The notes beneath the pieces are model-generated. The model saw only the letters and a list, made by a program, of their open reading frames with translations. It searched no databases and had not been told where the DNA came from. The position numbers were made by a program, and so were the translations under genes. This document shows positions 1 through 14,739 of a DNA stretch of 64,000 nucleotides, piece by piece (the stretch's first letter is position 1; each line of letters starts with the position of its first letter). Where the stretch lies: the NCBI RefSeq assembly GCF_009914755.1, contig NC_060929.1; one strand, written 5' to 3'. Source of the stretch: the human T2T-CHM13v2.0 reference genome, Homo sapiens.

Positions 1-177
1 GCTTCAAGGTCTGAGCACAGCCAGTGGGCAGCCACAGCAGAGGCCTCCGGTGTCTGCAGGGCAGAGGGCTCGGCCTGTCCCGAGGCCCCCCAGTTCATCC
101 GCCGGCCCGGGGCCAGAGGGCCCTGAAGGCGCGGGCTGCGTTCTGCGTCTCTCCGCGATCTCTGCCGGACCGGAACT
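1..177 (-). pseudogene. 5' end of a processed retrocopy of the lncRNA NORAD (LINC00657), continuing beyond the left edge
   Basis: The reverse complement from 177 reads AGTTCCGGTCCGGCAGAGATCGCGGAGAGACGCAGAACGCAGCCCG...GAACTGGGGGGCCTCGGGACAGGCCGAGCCCTCTGCCCTGCAG...AGACCTTGAAGC, which I recall as the NORAD 5' end with some substitutions. GC/CpG content drops sharply just past 180, and the upstream flank is AT-rich rather than a CpG-island promoter. Confidence 0.8.
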
Positions 178-687
178 AAGACCAGACCATTTTCTTCTGG
201 AGTAAGTGTGACATAAAACTAATGTTACTAATTTTGTGGCTTTATATTTTGGCATTTAATCCTTTGCAAAATTTTAAACCATTGTGGAAACTGTGCAATA
301 AATCTGGTCAACTTAAACTACTGAACTATTTCAATACATTATAATTAATGTCCGTAAAAATCTTCAATCATTTGGAGGTGGTAGTTTTTATTTGATACGG
401 ATAAGGGTATACTTTTAAAGAGTCTATTCTTTTTTTGATTAATTATTGCTAACTAATAAAATTGGAAGGTTTTGTTTTGTTTTCATTTGATTCCAGTTTC
501 CTAACGTGATTTATTATGCTATTTATATAAGTGCAAACAATTACATGACAAGATTATATTTAGAATGCATGTATTAAAATATGAAAGTGATATTACTGAG
601 TTTATTTGAAATGTCCCAACATATTGCCACTATTTATACTTCATACATGTTAAAATACCGACATTTTAAACTCATATTTTGAAAAGT

Positions 688-902
688 TTCTTTCTTTTTT
701 TTTTTTTTGAGAGACAGCGTATCACTCTATCACCTAAGCTGGAGTGCAGTGCTGATCACAGTTCACTGCAGCCTTGACCTCCCTGGCTCAAGCAATTCTT
801 ACACCTCAGCCTCCTGAGTAGCTGGGGCTAGCAGTATGTGCCCATGCCTCGCTAATTTTTTTTTTTTTTTTGTAGAGACGAGGTCTTGCTATGTTGCCTA
901 GG
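688..902 (-). mobile_element. AluJ-type SINE, 5'-truncated
   Basis: Poly-T tail, then GAGACAG..CTGGAGTGCAGT..GCCTTGACCTCC..GTAGAGACGAGGTCTTGCTATGTTGCC; ends within the left arm. Confidence 0.9.
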
Positions 903-2167
903 ATATTTAGAGGATATTTTTTGCTTTATAAAAGAAAGAGAAGGAGAAAAATAATTAGGCCCTCAACAACTTCTAAATTAAAATGAACACCTTACACCAC
1001 TGAGAAACAAATGGGAAATCTTTGGCAGAGGATACATTATAATATTGAATTGAAATTAGAAATGAGTCATGTTTCTGTAACTATATGTTCAAGAGGTAAA
1101 AAATTAACATATTTTGTTTTACAAATTACTAATCAAAGTATTCAGCTTTGTAATATTAGAACAAACTGTGTTGCTGAAATCCAATGTTCATAACATTAGG
1201 AAAACTGAGTTGCTTGTACTGTGTGTATCTGATTTAAAACTAACCTATTTTATTTGATTGTGGTGTGCAGGTATAATGTGACTAGTCTAATCACAATTTG
1301 GTTTTGCTTTTTTTTGCAATTGTATATAGATATTTACTTTAATATTTACTCTATCATTGAGTAGATTATTGGAGTATTTCTTCATACATTCCAAGCAATT
1401 GAACAATAAACAATTCTCAGAAAAAAAATGACTATTTTCAAGTGAGAGACTGATTTTTTTTCAATCTGTCACATGCAATCTTTGGGCTTCTTGTTTTTCT
1501 CCTACCACAATACCCACTTTTTTTATCCCAAACATTATTTGACTGACCAACTTTGTGAAGGGTAATTATTATGAGTGAGGTATTTAGAGTTCACTAGTTT
1601 AACTAGGAGGCTGGGGAGACATGGAGATGGGGTGACATGAGTGGTTGGAGCCAGATTGTGAAAACAGTGGCTCTCTCACTGAATTGTACCCCAAAGACAG
1701 ATGTAGAAATATAACATACAACCCAGACTTTTTCTCACTGTCTATGGAGACACAACCAGTTAACTAGTAAGTTTACAAAGAGCAATGATGGGGTTTCTAA
1801 CAACATTACCATTGTGAAATAAAGATAAACTAAAGCTGTAATGGGTAAATGAGCAGCAGTCTCATTAGTGGACTTACTAGCTTGACTATTGCGGTTTGCA
1901 CAGCGAGCTGGTTTTGTCTGCATTTAGAAAAGATGAAGAAGTGGTCTTGTTTCATCTCCCTTCATCACAACCTCCATAAACCAGCTCTTAACAATTTGAA
2001 CAGATTTTAAAATGTTGAGACATAATGATAACCTGTACATTCTAATTCCATTTGTTGCCAAAAAGAAGCATTTACTTACGCTCAGTTTTCCCCTCTCAGT
2101 TGAACTTTAGATAGTGTCCCTTGTTTGTTTGTGCTGATGTGTGTGTATGTGCTTGACACATGGGTTT

Positions 2168-2756
2168 TGTGAAGAATAATATTAGGTGTTGACTTGATTG
2201 GATTGTAGAGATCCAGAAGGCTGGTAATGCATTGTTTCTGGGTGTGTTTATGAGGATGTTGCCAAAGGAGACTGACATTTGAATTGGTGGACTGGGAGAG
2301 GAAGACCCAACTTCAATGTGGGTGGACAGCATCCAATCATCTGCCAGCCCTGCTAGAACAAGCAGGTGGAGAGAGGTGGGATCACTTTGCTTCACTAAGT
2401 CTTCTGGCTGTCTCTTTCTTCTTTCTGTGCCTGATGTTTGCTTCTGCTTCTCTTGACCTTGGACATCAGACTCCAGGTTCTTCGGCCTTTGGACTCTGGG
2501 AAGCACCAGTGGTTTCCCCAGGGCTCCCTGGTCTTCCACCGCAGACTGAAGGCTGAAATGTCAGTTTCCCTAGTTTTTAGGCTTTCAGACTTGGTCTGAG
2601 ACACTACTACTGGCTTTTCTGTTTCCTCAGCTTGCAGATGGCCTACTGTGAGACTTTGCCTTGTAATCATGTGAGACAATTCTCCCTAATAAACCATCTT
2701 TTGTATATACATATTTTCTATTGGTTCTGTCCCTCTGGAGAACCTCAACAAAAACA
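2168..2756 (+). mobile_element. MLT2B-type ERVL solo LTR
   Basis: TG...CA ends; motifs GACTTGATTGGATTG, GGACATCAGACTCCAGGTTCTTC, CAGCTTGCAGATGGCC, CTGTCCCTCTGGAGAAC; near-identical 5-bp TSD GGTTT/GGTGT. Confidence 0.88.
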
Positions 2757-2757
2757 G

Positions 2758-2779
2758 GTGTGTGTGTGTGTGTGTGTGT
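2758..2779 (+). repeat. (TG)n microsatellite
   Basis: About 11 TG units seen directly. Confidence 0.95.
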
Positions 2780-3449
2780 TGTGAATCTTTTTCTAACAAT
2801 TTGCCATTATCTTTTGGTTTCCCCTTCTCCACTTGAGTTTTGGCCTCCAGGATGAACTACAGGCTAAATGTGTAGATGCCTCCTTTTTCCATTGGGTCAC
2901 TTACATCTTTCCTATGAGTGGGTTCTACAGGAATCCTAAAGAAGCTTCCATACTTTCTAGTTCCCTGACTGGAGAGATGCCTTCTGGGACAGCTTTTCCA
3001 AACTGCCTCTCAGCTGCCCTGGTAGGTTGTCCAGTCCTATTGCTTCGTGTTGCTGAATACCTCTCTCTAGCAATCAACTTTTGTAGCAACGTGGCACAAA
3101 CTCAAGTATACTCAAGGCTCATGGAGGACTCACAGCTTTGCCCCAAATACTGACAGTACATGTTTCTCCCCTACTTCAACTCTCTGTTGCAATGCTGTAA
3201 TGCTTGCCAACCCCATTCCCTTTTTAAAAAAATCTTATCAAAAAGAAATAAACTGGTTATGCTGACATTCAGCATTCATCCTAGGTGTGATTACCATGAA
3301 AACAGTTCACTTGGTTTTTATGGATGGTCAAAGCCACCACATGGTAGAAAAGACAGGGGAAGGAACACATTCTTTTCTTGGCATACTAACAATTCTCTCC
3401 ATTTTATTTCTGACATTTTTCTTTCTCTTTAATACACATTGTGTACATT

Positions 3450-3682
3450 TATTTATATTAATCTCTTTCTATATTTATCTATATATAAACCTATATCTAT
3501 ATATCTATTTTAGATGTTAATATAAATGTAGATAGATATGTTACATATGATACATATATCTATATAGATATGATGTGTCATATATATCTCTATATATTTG
3601 CAGTATATAAACATATAAATAGACATTGATATAAGTATATAGATATAGATGTATATATTATATATGCTATATTTATATACAT
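3450..3682. repeat. TA-rich low-complexity tract
   Basis: Degenerate (TA)/(TATC)/(TAGA) runs. Confidence 0.85.
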
Positions 3683-3710
3683 GAAAATGAGAGAAATGAG
3701 AAATATGCTA

Positions 3711-4293
<583 letters not shown>

Positions 4294-4667
4294 TTATACT
4301 TCCTCCTCTTCTATCTTTAGAAGGTGAAGCTACTTAAAATTTATTATTCTTAGTTTTAGTACTTTATTCACTATTCTAGAAAAAGAGGTACAATTCTACT
4401 TAGTAGGTAATGTTACTATTTTCCCAGTCAAGGAGTTTCAAATGTTTCTATGTCATTCCCTCATGATGGCATTATCTGAACTATAATTGAATCTTCTTTT
4501 TTCCCTTAATATAAGCTTCTATCTATACCCTACTCATCATATTTCTTAAAGTGATTGTCTCTTCCCTGCATTATTGTAGTTTTTATTATTTTTCCCACAT
4601 CTAGTAGCACTCAGTTTGTGAACATTGGTTCATTATATTTTCAAAAATTACACCTCTGTTTGTATTA

Positions 4668-5027
4668 CAGTCACATGCTGCAAAACAATGTTTCAGTGGA
4701 TATTAGACTGAATATAAATTGTGGTCCCCTAAGATTAAAGTAGACTTTTATTATATAGGTGTATATATAGGTGTACTATTTTTAATCCTTTATAGCATCT
4801 TTTACTGTATTTTTATATGTTTAGATACACAGATATTATTGTGTTACAATTACCTACAGTGTTCAGTACAGTAATATGCTGTACAGGATTATAGCCTAGG
4901 AGCAATAGGTTTTACTATCTTGCCTAAGTGTGTAGTAGGTTGTACCATCTAAGTTTGTGTAAGCACGCTCTAAGGAGTTCACACAATGACAAAATTGCCT
5001 AACCAGTAATAAAATGATGCATGACTG
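4668..5027. mobile_element. Tigger3a (MER7/Golem) TcMar MITE
   Basis: TA-CAGTCAC...GCATGACTG-TA termini; internal GGTCCCCTAAGATTA and GCCTAGGAGCAATAGG. Confidence 0.85.
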
Positions 5028-6214
5028 TATATTTATCTCCATAATAATGAAAGACATTTTACTTGCATTCAAAATGAATTATAAATTGGTACACCCTCCC
5101 ACGATCCAAAGTCAAACCACTCTTCTTCCTAGAATGCAAACATAAAATTCATTCCTAAACATGCTCCTGCTTTCTAATCTGATACACTTTTGCTATTTAT
5201 TTGTTATTTTTATTATTTCCTCTGCCCGTGTCCACTTCGTATTTTGTTTTCTATTAATACATTATCCACCATTCCAAATCCATCACAAATTTCACATCCT
5301 ACAGCTTTGAAATGATCTCATATTTCCCCTTAAATATGGCAGTTAGTGCCTCTAATAGGACATTATGTTACGCCATACAGAATCATTATGTTTGTCCCTC
5401 TTTTATTTCTCAACTAGAGTACAGGTTTTTTTTAGAAACATTCAGTGTTATGTCTCTAGGCTTGTCCAGACACTAACCTTTATTTTCATAAACTATCAAA
5501 GAATAATTTAAATTAATGAAAACTGGAACTGTATTTTCTTTACGTATGTGAAATGCTAAAGAATATGTATTTCCATTTTGACGAACAGTTGTCTCCCTTC
5601 CAATTTGGGATGGTTTCTCTAAAATTATTTTTATCATTTATAAGTATATTATTGCATATTGATATGTCACATCTAAGAGAAGGAAGTTAGAAAGTTGCTG
5701 TCAGCAGAAGCTTGTCCAACTTTTAATTATCTTCTCCTAGTTACAGATAGAAATGCTAAACGGTTAACAATTTGTGAAAAAGACTATATCAGCAGCAATG
5801 TTAGTTTTTCATATCATGTCCTAAGAAAGGTTTTAATTTTGGAAAACAAAAGAGTAAATTAATTTTCCAAATAAAATTAAAATAATATTCAGAAACCAAA
5901 ACAAGTGTTAGTTAACACTTTGGGAATAATATTCCCTTCACATGCATTTTATATAATTATACATGAATATGATATAATATGGCAGATATATCTATCAAAT
6001 AAGTTATTATAGCTTTTTTCTATTGTGCAAATCAGCATGATGAACATAGATATGCTCCAGTGGAAATAAATATACAAACCTTAGTAATGTGAGATGTGTG
6101 GAATGTGAGAGAGAGAGAGAGAGAGACTGGAGCATAGACGGTTACAAATTATCTGGAGAAAACATCCTAGGGCCTTTACTGGGGTCTCATTTGTTTGTTT
6201 GATTGATTTTTAAG

Positions 6215-7470
<1,256 letters not shown>

Positions 7471-7784
7471 GGGTTTTGCATTAAGAACTTGATTGATAAA
7501 GAGTAGAAACAATAGCCTCGGAGAATACCAGAAAAAAATTGTTATATTCCAGTTAGGGAGAAATTTCAATGTGAGAGAAATACCAAAAACAAAAGCTCCA
7601 AAAAGGGCACAGAGAATTCATATATTTAACTTGAATTGTATAAACTGTAAAGAATCATCAAAAAACAGCTAATGACCAGGACACAATTAATTTTAACTGA
7701 TTTTTGGAAACGTTACAGATGAGAAATGTTATTAATCCATCTAAACTACAGATACAAATAATTAATTCCTCTCCCAAATCATAT

Positions 7785-9754
7785 TGTGTCCGGAATTGGT
7801 GGGTTCTTGGTCTCACTGACCTTAAGAATGAAGCCGCGGACCCTCGCGGTGAGTGTTATAGCTCTTAAGGTGGCGCGTCTGGAGTTTGTTCCTTCTGATG
7901 TTTAGATGTGTTCGGAGTTTCTTCCTTCTGGTAGTTTCGTGGTCTCGCTGACTCAGGAGTGAAGCTGCAGACCTTGGCAGTGAGGGTTAACAGCTCTTAA
8001 GGCAGAGCGTCTGGAGTTGTTCGTTCCTCCTGGTGGGCTCCTGGTCTTGCTGGGCTCAGAAGTGAAGCTGCAGATCTTCCAGTGAGTGTTACAGCTCATA
8101 AAAGCAGCGTGGACCCAAAGAGTGAGCAGTAGCAAGATTTATTGCAAAGAGCAAAAGGACAAACCCTCCACAGTGTGGAAGGGGACCGGAGCGGGTTGCC
8201 AATGCTGTCTCGGGCAGCCTGCTTTTATTTTTTTATTTGGCCCCACCCACATCCTGCTGATTGGTAGAGCCCAGTGGCCTGTTTTGACAGGGTGCTGATT
8301 GGTGCCTTTACAATCCCTGAGCTAGACATAAAGGTTCTCCAAGGCCCCACCAGAGCAGCTAGATACAGTGTCGATTGGTGCACTCACAAACCCTGAGCTA
8401 GACACAGGGTGCTGATTGGTGTGTTTACAAACCTTGAGCTAGATACAGAGTGCCGATTGGTGTATTTACAATCCCTGAGCTAGACATAAAGGTTCTCCAA
8501 GGCCCCACCAGAGCAGCTAGATACAGAGAGTCGATTGGTGCATTCACAAACCTTGAGCTAAACACAGGGTGCTGATTGGTGTGTTTACAAACCTTGAGCC
8601 AGATACAGAGTGCCGATTGGTGTATTTACAATCCCTGAGCTAGACATAAAGGTTCTCCAAGGCCCCACCAGAGTAGTTAGATACAGAGTGTCGATTGGTG
8701 CACTCACAAACCCTGGGCTAGACACAGGGTGCTGATTGGTGCACTCACAAACCCTGAGCTAGACACAGGGTGCTGATTGGTGTGTTTACAATCCCTGAGC
8801 TAGACATAAAGGTTCTCCAAGGTCCTACCAGAGCAGCTAGATACAGAGTGTCAATTGGTGCACTCACAAACCTTGAGCTAAACACAGGGTGCTGATTGGT
8901 GTGTTTACAAACCTTGAGCTAGATACAGAGTGCTGATTGGTGTATTTACAATCCCTGAGCTAGACATAAAGGGTCTCCGAGGCCCCACCAGAGCAGCTAG
9001 ATACAGAGTATCGGTTGGTGCACTCACAAACCCTGAGCTGGACACAGGGTGCTGATTGGTGTGTTTACAATCCCTGAGCTAGATATAAAGACGTCCCCAC
9101 CAGACTCAGGAGCCCAGCTGGCTTCACCCAGTGGATCCCACAGAGGGGCTGCAGGTGGAGCTGCCTGCCAGTCCTGCGCCATGCGCTGGCACTCCTCAGC
9201 CCTTGGGCGGTCGATGGGACTGGGTGCCGTGGAGCAGGGGGGTGGCATTCGTCGGGGAGGCTCGGGCTGCGCAGGAACCCACGGAGGCGGGGGAAAGGCT
9301 CAGGCATGGCAGGCTGCAGTCCCGAGGCCTGTCCCACGGGAAGGCAGCTAAGGCCCGGCGAGAAATCGAGCGCAGCGCCAGTGGGCTGGCACTGCTGGGG
9401 GACCCAGTACACCCTCCGCAGCTGCTGGCTCGGGTGCGAAGTCCCTCATTGACCGGGGCCAGAAGGGCTGGCCGACTGCTCTGAGTGCGGGCCCGCCAAG
9501 CCCACGCCCACCCGGAACTCCAGCTGGCCCGCAAGCGCCGCACGCAGCCCCGGTTCCCGCTCGCGCCTCTCCCTCCACACCTCCCTGCAAGCTGAGGGAG
9601 TGGGCTCCAGCCTTGGCCAGCCCAGAAAGGAGCTCCCACAGTGCAGTGGTGTGCTGAAGGGCACCTCAAGTGCCGCCAAAGTGGGAGCCCAGGCAGAGGA
9701 GGTGCCGAGAGCAAGCGAGGGCTCTGAGGATTGCCAGCACGCTGTCACCTCTCA
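7785..9754 (-). mobile_element. LTR12C (ERV9) solo LTR, about 1.97 kb
   Basis: Minus strand starts TGAGAGGTGACAGCGTGCTGGC and ends CACCAATTCCGGACACA; perfect 4-bp TSD ATAT (7781-7784 and 9755-9758); CpG-rich 5' U3, tandem enhancer repeats and U5 repeats. Confidence 0.97.
8220..9090 (-). promoter_or_regulatory. LTR12C U3 enhancer/promoter with about 15 CCAAT (NF-Y) boxes, GATA motifs and a TATA-like AATAAAA
   Basis: Recurrent GATTGG (CCAATC on minus) every 40-80 bp; AGATA motifs; TTTTATT at about 8223 read as AATAAAA on minus, giving leftward polarity. Confidence 0.8.
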
Positions 9755-11959
9755 ATATCACAGTTGGGAACTGCAGATGATTCAATTGTATTCGTACTCA
9801 CTCTCAGCGAAATCTCAGTACTGTTACAGTGAATCCAGTCTTCCCTCTATTTCATCCATTTCTTTGGACCCAAAGATCTCACACTCTTTTCACATTTTCT
9901 GCTCTGTTTTCTTTTTTACCAATTCCATTCTTAACATATTTTATTTTCTCAGCTGATAGTGTAGTTTTCTTCTACCCTCAGAAAAATACCGCTGCATATG
10001 CATAGGTTGCGGTAGATTGTGGGAAGAATTCCAACGTAAATACTGAAAGCGTGGTAAAGTAGCTCTTTCCATTTATATATTAATCCCTTTGTTTCAAGGG
10101 GTTCTGGAATATGTCTCCATATGCCATGTTGGAAATAATTTATGTAACATTACACTGTGCCTCCTTCAAGTTCCCTTATCTGGAGGTAAAGGAACCAGGA
10201 ACTAGGATGTAATTCAGCTTCCAGACTATTTTCTACATATGAATTACTTGCATAAAGTGATGTCCTAAGATCAATGCATGTAGGTCCGCCTTGTAACTGC
10301 TTGTCAGTTACCTTCATGCAAAGGAATGTAACTTGCATGGCAGCCAGGACTGCATATCTTTAATCATTAAAATCCTAGTTTTAAAAATTCTGCTATGATT
10401 ATTCGGGTTTTGGGAAATTACGTTTACCCTTGTTAATATGTATGTATATGGAGAATTACACATTATTTTATCATAGCTTTTTAGTCTCTTTATAGATAAT
10501 TTTTCTTATTTTCTAAGAAATTATATATCTGAGTATATTATATAATATTTGTGTAAAATACATAGGGAGATCCCCACAAACAATATACACTAACACATGC
10601 ACAATTATTGTTTTATCTGGCAGTTATAAAACATTGGTTACCTAATTCGCAGGCAAATGCAGGGAATATCAGTGAATTTAACCGACATATAAAGATACTA
10701 TATATATCAGGATTATTTTATAAGACGCACTACTTCGTATGATTTTGCTTAAGAGCTTATTGCTAAAACGTTAGCACATTTTTATCTCTTTTTAATTTGC
10801 TTAGATCATTATATTATAGGCCTGCAGGCTGCCTAGGTTGCTGAGGTCAACCCAAGGATCGGATTATGCTGCTGTTGTCAGCACTTCAGTTTCCACTGAG
10901 ATCATTCAGTTCAATCTCATATTTAACCTTTGACTTCAAGCTTATCTTCATCCAAAATGCTTTGCAGACACTTTGAAATAACACATCATTTACATATCAT
11001 TGCCCCAGTACAAGCCAAAACCATAGCTATCAGGATGTAACAGCAGTGTGAGTTTTACTTCAAGGACACAGGATGATGTTTCTTCTGAGCAAATTAAAAA
11101 AGAGAGTTGTCTAATGGACCCAGGGACATTTAAGACACCAGAATAAATATGATAAAATCTTGAATAAAAAGTTCTATTTTAATAAGAAGTGAATAGCTAA
11201 TAAGAAAATTGAATTGAATATCCTGATATTCATTATTACTACATTATATGAAATAGCACAGTAATGATTTCATCTTTATAAAAATCAATAGTTACATTCC
11301 ATCTCTTTAAACATTAATATTTTATGAAAGGTTTAATGTTTTGGATGTTCACCACAGAAGACAATGTTATTTGCTGATGGATAGTGAAGAAATACTTTAG
11401 CACATTAAATAACTTACCAATTGTTTCAAATATGTTAATAGTGATGTTATGAACTGAAAATATCTTTATGCTATTACTAATGTGTTTATGTTTAAGATGC
11501 TTCTAATTTTACTGTAAACAATGTAATCTGTATAAGATGGCTAATTAGAAAAAATATCCCAATTATTCTTCTCCTACTTATGTTGAATTGTTGAATTAAA
11601 AATAATCAATTTATTTTGGATTGAATATGTAAAGATATAAATGGCACCGACTGGTTCTTTCTTCTGCCATATTTACAAAGTTTATGTATATCCCCCCCAG
11701 AAAACAAATACACAAGATTCTAATAGTATTTTCTATAGAAATTAGTCATTCTGGATTTTTATTCTGTGGGTAATAGTTTGCTTAGAAATAACAATATTTA
11801 CTAATTTTAAACAAAACACATTAAATGACAATATTGGGTATATTTTCTCCTAAAGCTATATAGATATATTTAAATTTTAATCACTTGGATCATAGGATCT
11901 AATGACCATATTACTTCCATGATAATGTTTTGCATTACTTCTTAATAAAAATTTTAAGT

Positions 11960-12493
11960 AAATTTTATTTTTTAGAATTGTTTTTAATTTAAGGAATTGT
12001 GAAGAGAGTGCAGACAGTTCTAATATACCCAATTCTCTACCCTTTTTCCCTCTGTTATTAACATCTTATATCAATATGGTATATTCATTCTTATTAATGA
12101 ACAAAAGTTAATACATTATTACTGACTAACCACATTTTATTCAGGTTTTTTTGGTTTTTACCTATAGTCCATTTCTGTTCCAAGATTCTATCTAGGGTAT
12201 GACATTATTTTGTGGTGTTCTGTCTCCTTAGGCTCCTCTCCTCTTGATAGTTTCTCAGATTTTTCTCATTTTTGTTGACTTTGATAGTTTTGAAACATAC
12301 TGGCAGGTGCTTTGTAGAGTGCCCCTCTGTTGAGATTTGTCTGGTATTTTATTTATGATTAGACTGGAGTTATGCATGTTGGGAAAGGAAGATAACAGGG
12401 TTAATGCCATTCTCATCACATCATAGCAAGGTTACTTACTATCAACATAAGTTTTCACTGTTGATGTTGATCCTATTCACATGGCTGAGGCAG
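11960..12493 (-). mobile_element. L1MC (L1MC1/2-like) 3' fragment
   Basis: GCCATTCTCATCACATCATA..ACTATCAACAT..CACTGTTGATGTT..GGCTGAGG matches the recalled L1MC1/2 3'UTR in antisense. Confidence 0.8.
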
Positions 12494-12494
12494 A

Positions 12495-13070
12495 TGAATA
12501 TTATATGTTACATATAATTATTATATGTATTATATTTACATATGTAATTATTATATGTAATATATAATATAGAATATATAGTATGCATAGTATTATATAT
12601 TATATATTATAGTATATGTGTAACATACAGTGTATATTATATATTGTATATGTGTAACATGGTGTATATTATATATTATAGTATATGTGTAACATATAGT
12701 GTATATTATATATTATAGTATATGTGTAACATATAGTGTATATTATATATTATAGTATATGTGTAACATATAGTGTATATTATAATTTTATTATATTTAT
12801 GCTGCACAAATACATATTTTTATATTAGTATATAATATATTATATAATTATATAACATATATTACATCCAATATATTAATATTTATATAACATACAGGTC
12901 ATATATCTAATATATTACACATATAATATATAACATATACAATATGTTATATATAACATTTTTATGTTCTATATATTATATATACTATATTCTATATATA
13001 ATATATACTATGTTATATATAGTATATATGTTACATTATATAATACATAACAGTATAAAAATATAGGAAT
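12495..13070. repeat. TA-rich tract containing a 37-bp minisatellite
   Basis: Unit TATATTATATATTATAGTATATGTGTAACATATAGTG occurs about 5 times at roughly 12596-12785; the last three copies are identical. Confidence 0.9.
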
Positions 13071-14739
13071 GTATTTTTACATGAGATATATTTATTTCTC
13101 TAATATCAAATTAAAATTAACATCAGATTAATTAATACAGATTCATATATAATATCCTATAATTTTTTTCTTCCTTGTTACATCTTTTTGCCTTTGAAAT
13201 ATCCTTGCATTTTTCCTCACATTTATATTTAATTAATAAACACACAGCTTTTAATTTTCAATTGTATTGTGTTTTTTACTACTTTTTTTTACATTTCTTA
13301 CTTGATTAATTATAATTTATTAATCAATATTATTTAATTGTGTTAAATTTATTTATCAACTCATACAGAAGGAATATGAGTATAAATTTAACTCTAAATG
13401 CAACTCTAAAGACATTTTAAACATCGATAAATGGTAATGTCTTTTTACATATTAATAGTAAATTTTAGTTGCAAATCTAACTGTGGAAGAAAAATTTGGA
13501 AGCTAACTATTTCATATATTAGGGTTTTTAAAAATTTTAATATTATCACATTGTTCACAAATATTCAAATTGCTTTTTCTTTACTGAAGTATGCATTTTT
13601 CCTTATTTTCTTAAGGTATTATAATTTTAATGGCTTATATTAATTTGTAAATATGTTTCTATGCAGAGACCAATATAAAAACATATATACCATCAGCTGT
13701 GTTTGTGTGTGTGCAGTTACATATACAGAGAAACTCAATAAATCAAGATAATTATATTTTTCAAATAATATAGATCAGTGTTAATTTGTCAACTTGGTTT
13801 TTCAAACACTAGGAAAACTCTTTTAATGAGAAGTAATTCATATCCTCTGAGAGCATTCAGTATTTTTTTAAATATCTACATGTCTATATTTATATATGTT
13901 GAGTATATATATATGCATATATAAATGTATATTACTTTTATATATATTAGAAATCATTTTAAGTAAGTAGCACATGAACAGTTTAAACTTACAGTTCAAA
14001 GACAGATTATGTATTTTGCTAATACCACAAAACCCATTTTGTCTCTTGAGGATTTCCCTTTAATTCCACTTTGAGATCATCATTACTATTATTTAATACA
14101 GCTATGAGTGATAGAACTTGTGAAAGATGAGAATATGATTTTAGTTTTGCTTTTAGATTCCTGTTGAGGTAGATTATACAAGAAAGATGATTAAATTTAA
14201 GTATCAATAATCTATTTCAAAAGAAGTAGACTTCAAAAAGTATATGATGCAGAAAAACTTAGATTTTTTTTCCAGACAAAGAGTAATTTTTCTATTAATA
14301 GTTACTCTTGAGGAAAGTGTAAATTTATAAACAAATAATTAGATAACGAAATAAATAAATCCATAAGTACGAACAAATAAAGAATTGTGGTATGCATACA
14401 CACACACTCTGTTTACTTTTTTTTCCCTAACCATACTACCCAACTAATCCTGTATACGTTTTTCACATTTTCTTATATATCTAATTTATGCTTTCAGAAA
14501 TTAAATAATATGCTTTATTTCTAGTAGTCATATAATTTTACCTTAAAAATTTTTTACTTATTTGATTTGTTTTATAATGATAAAATGTTTTGCAACAATT
14601 TGAACAATTTGAAATAAAGAAAAAGTCAGTTTACCTTGGTGCGTGTCTTTGTGAGATACTGATTACAGATTGCTCATTAAATCATAGATAAAAGGAGACA
14701 CATATTCAATATGTTGCATGTTTATTTCTCAAATGGAAT

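Noticed and set aside
1-200. Native CpG-island promoter, or the NORAD gene itself
   Set aside because: GC-rich sequence stops at the transcript 5' end, the upstream flank is AT-rich, and the sequence differs from NORAD as I recall it. A retrocopy fits better.
4-255. 83-aa minus-strand ORF crossing the GC-rich block
   Set aside because: It starts in AT-rich flank and reads into non-coding NORAD-like sequence; no recognisable protein.
8290-9090. CRISPR-like repeat-spacer array
   Set aside because: The intervening sequences are themselves repeated, there are no cas genes, and the array lies inside a TSD-bounded LTR12C in primate DNA.
9024-9956. Cluster of overlapping 74-172 aa ORFs and an apparent CpG island
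   Set aside because: This is the GC-rich U3 of LTR12C, where stop codons are scarce in all frames.
12596-12785. Array of PUMILIO elements in the minisatellite
   Set aside because: The units contain TGTATATT and TGTAACAT, not TGTANATA, and TA-rich DNA produces near-matches by chance.
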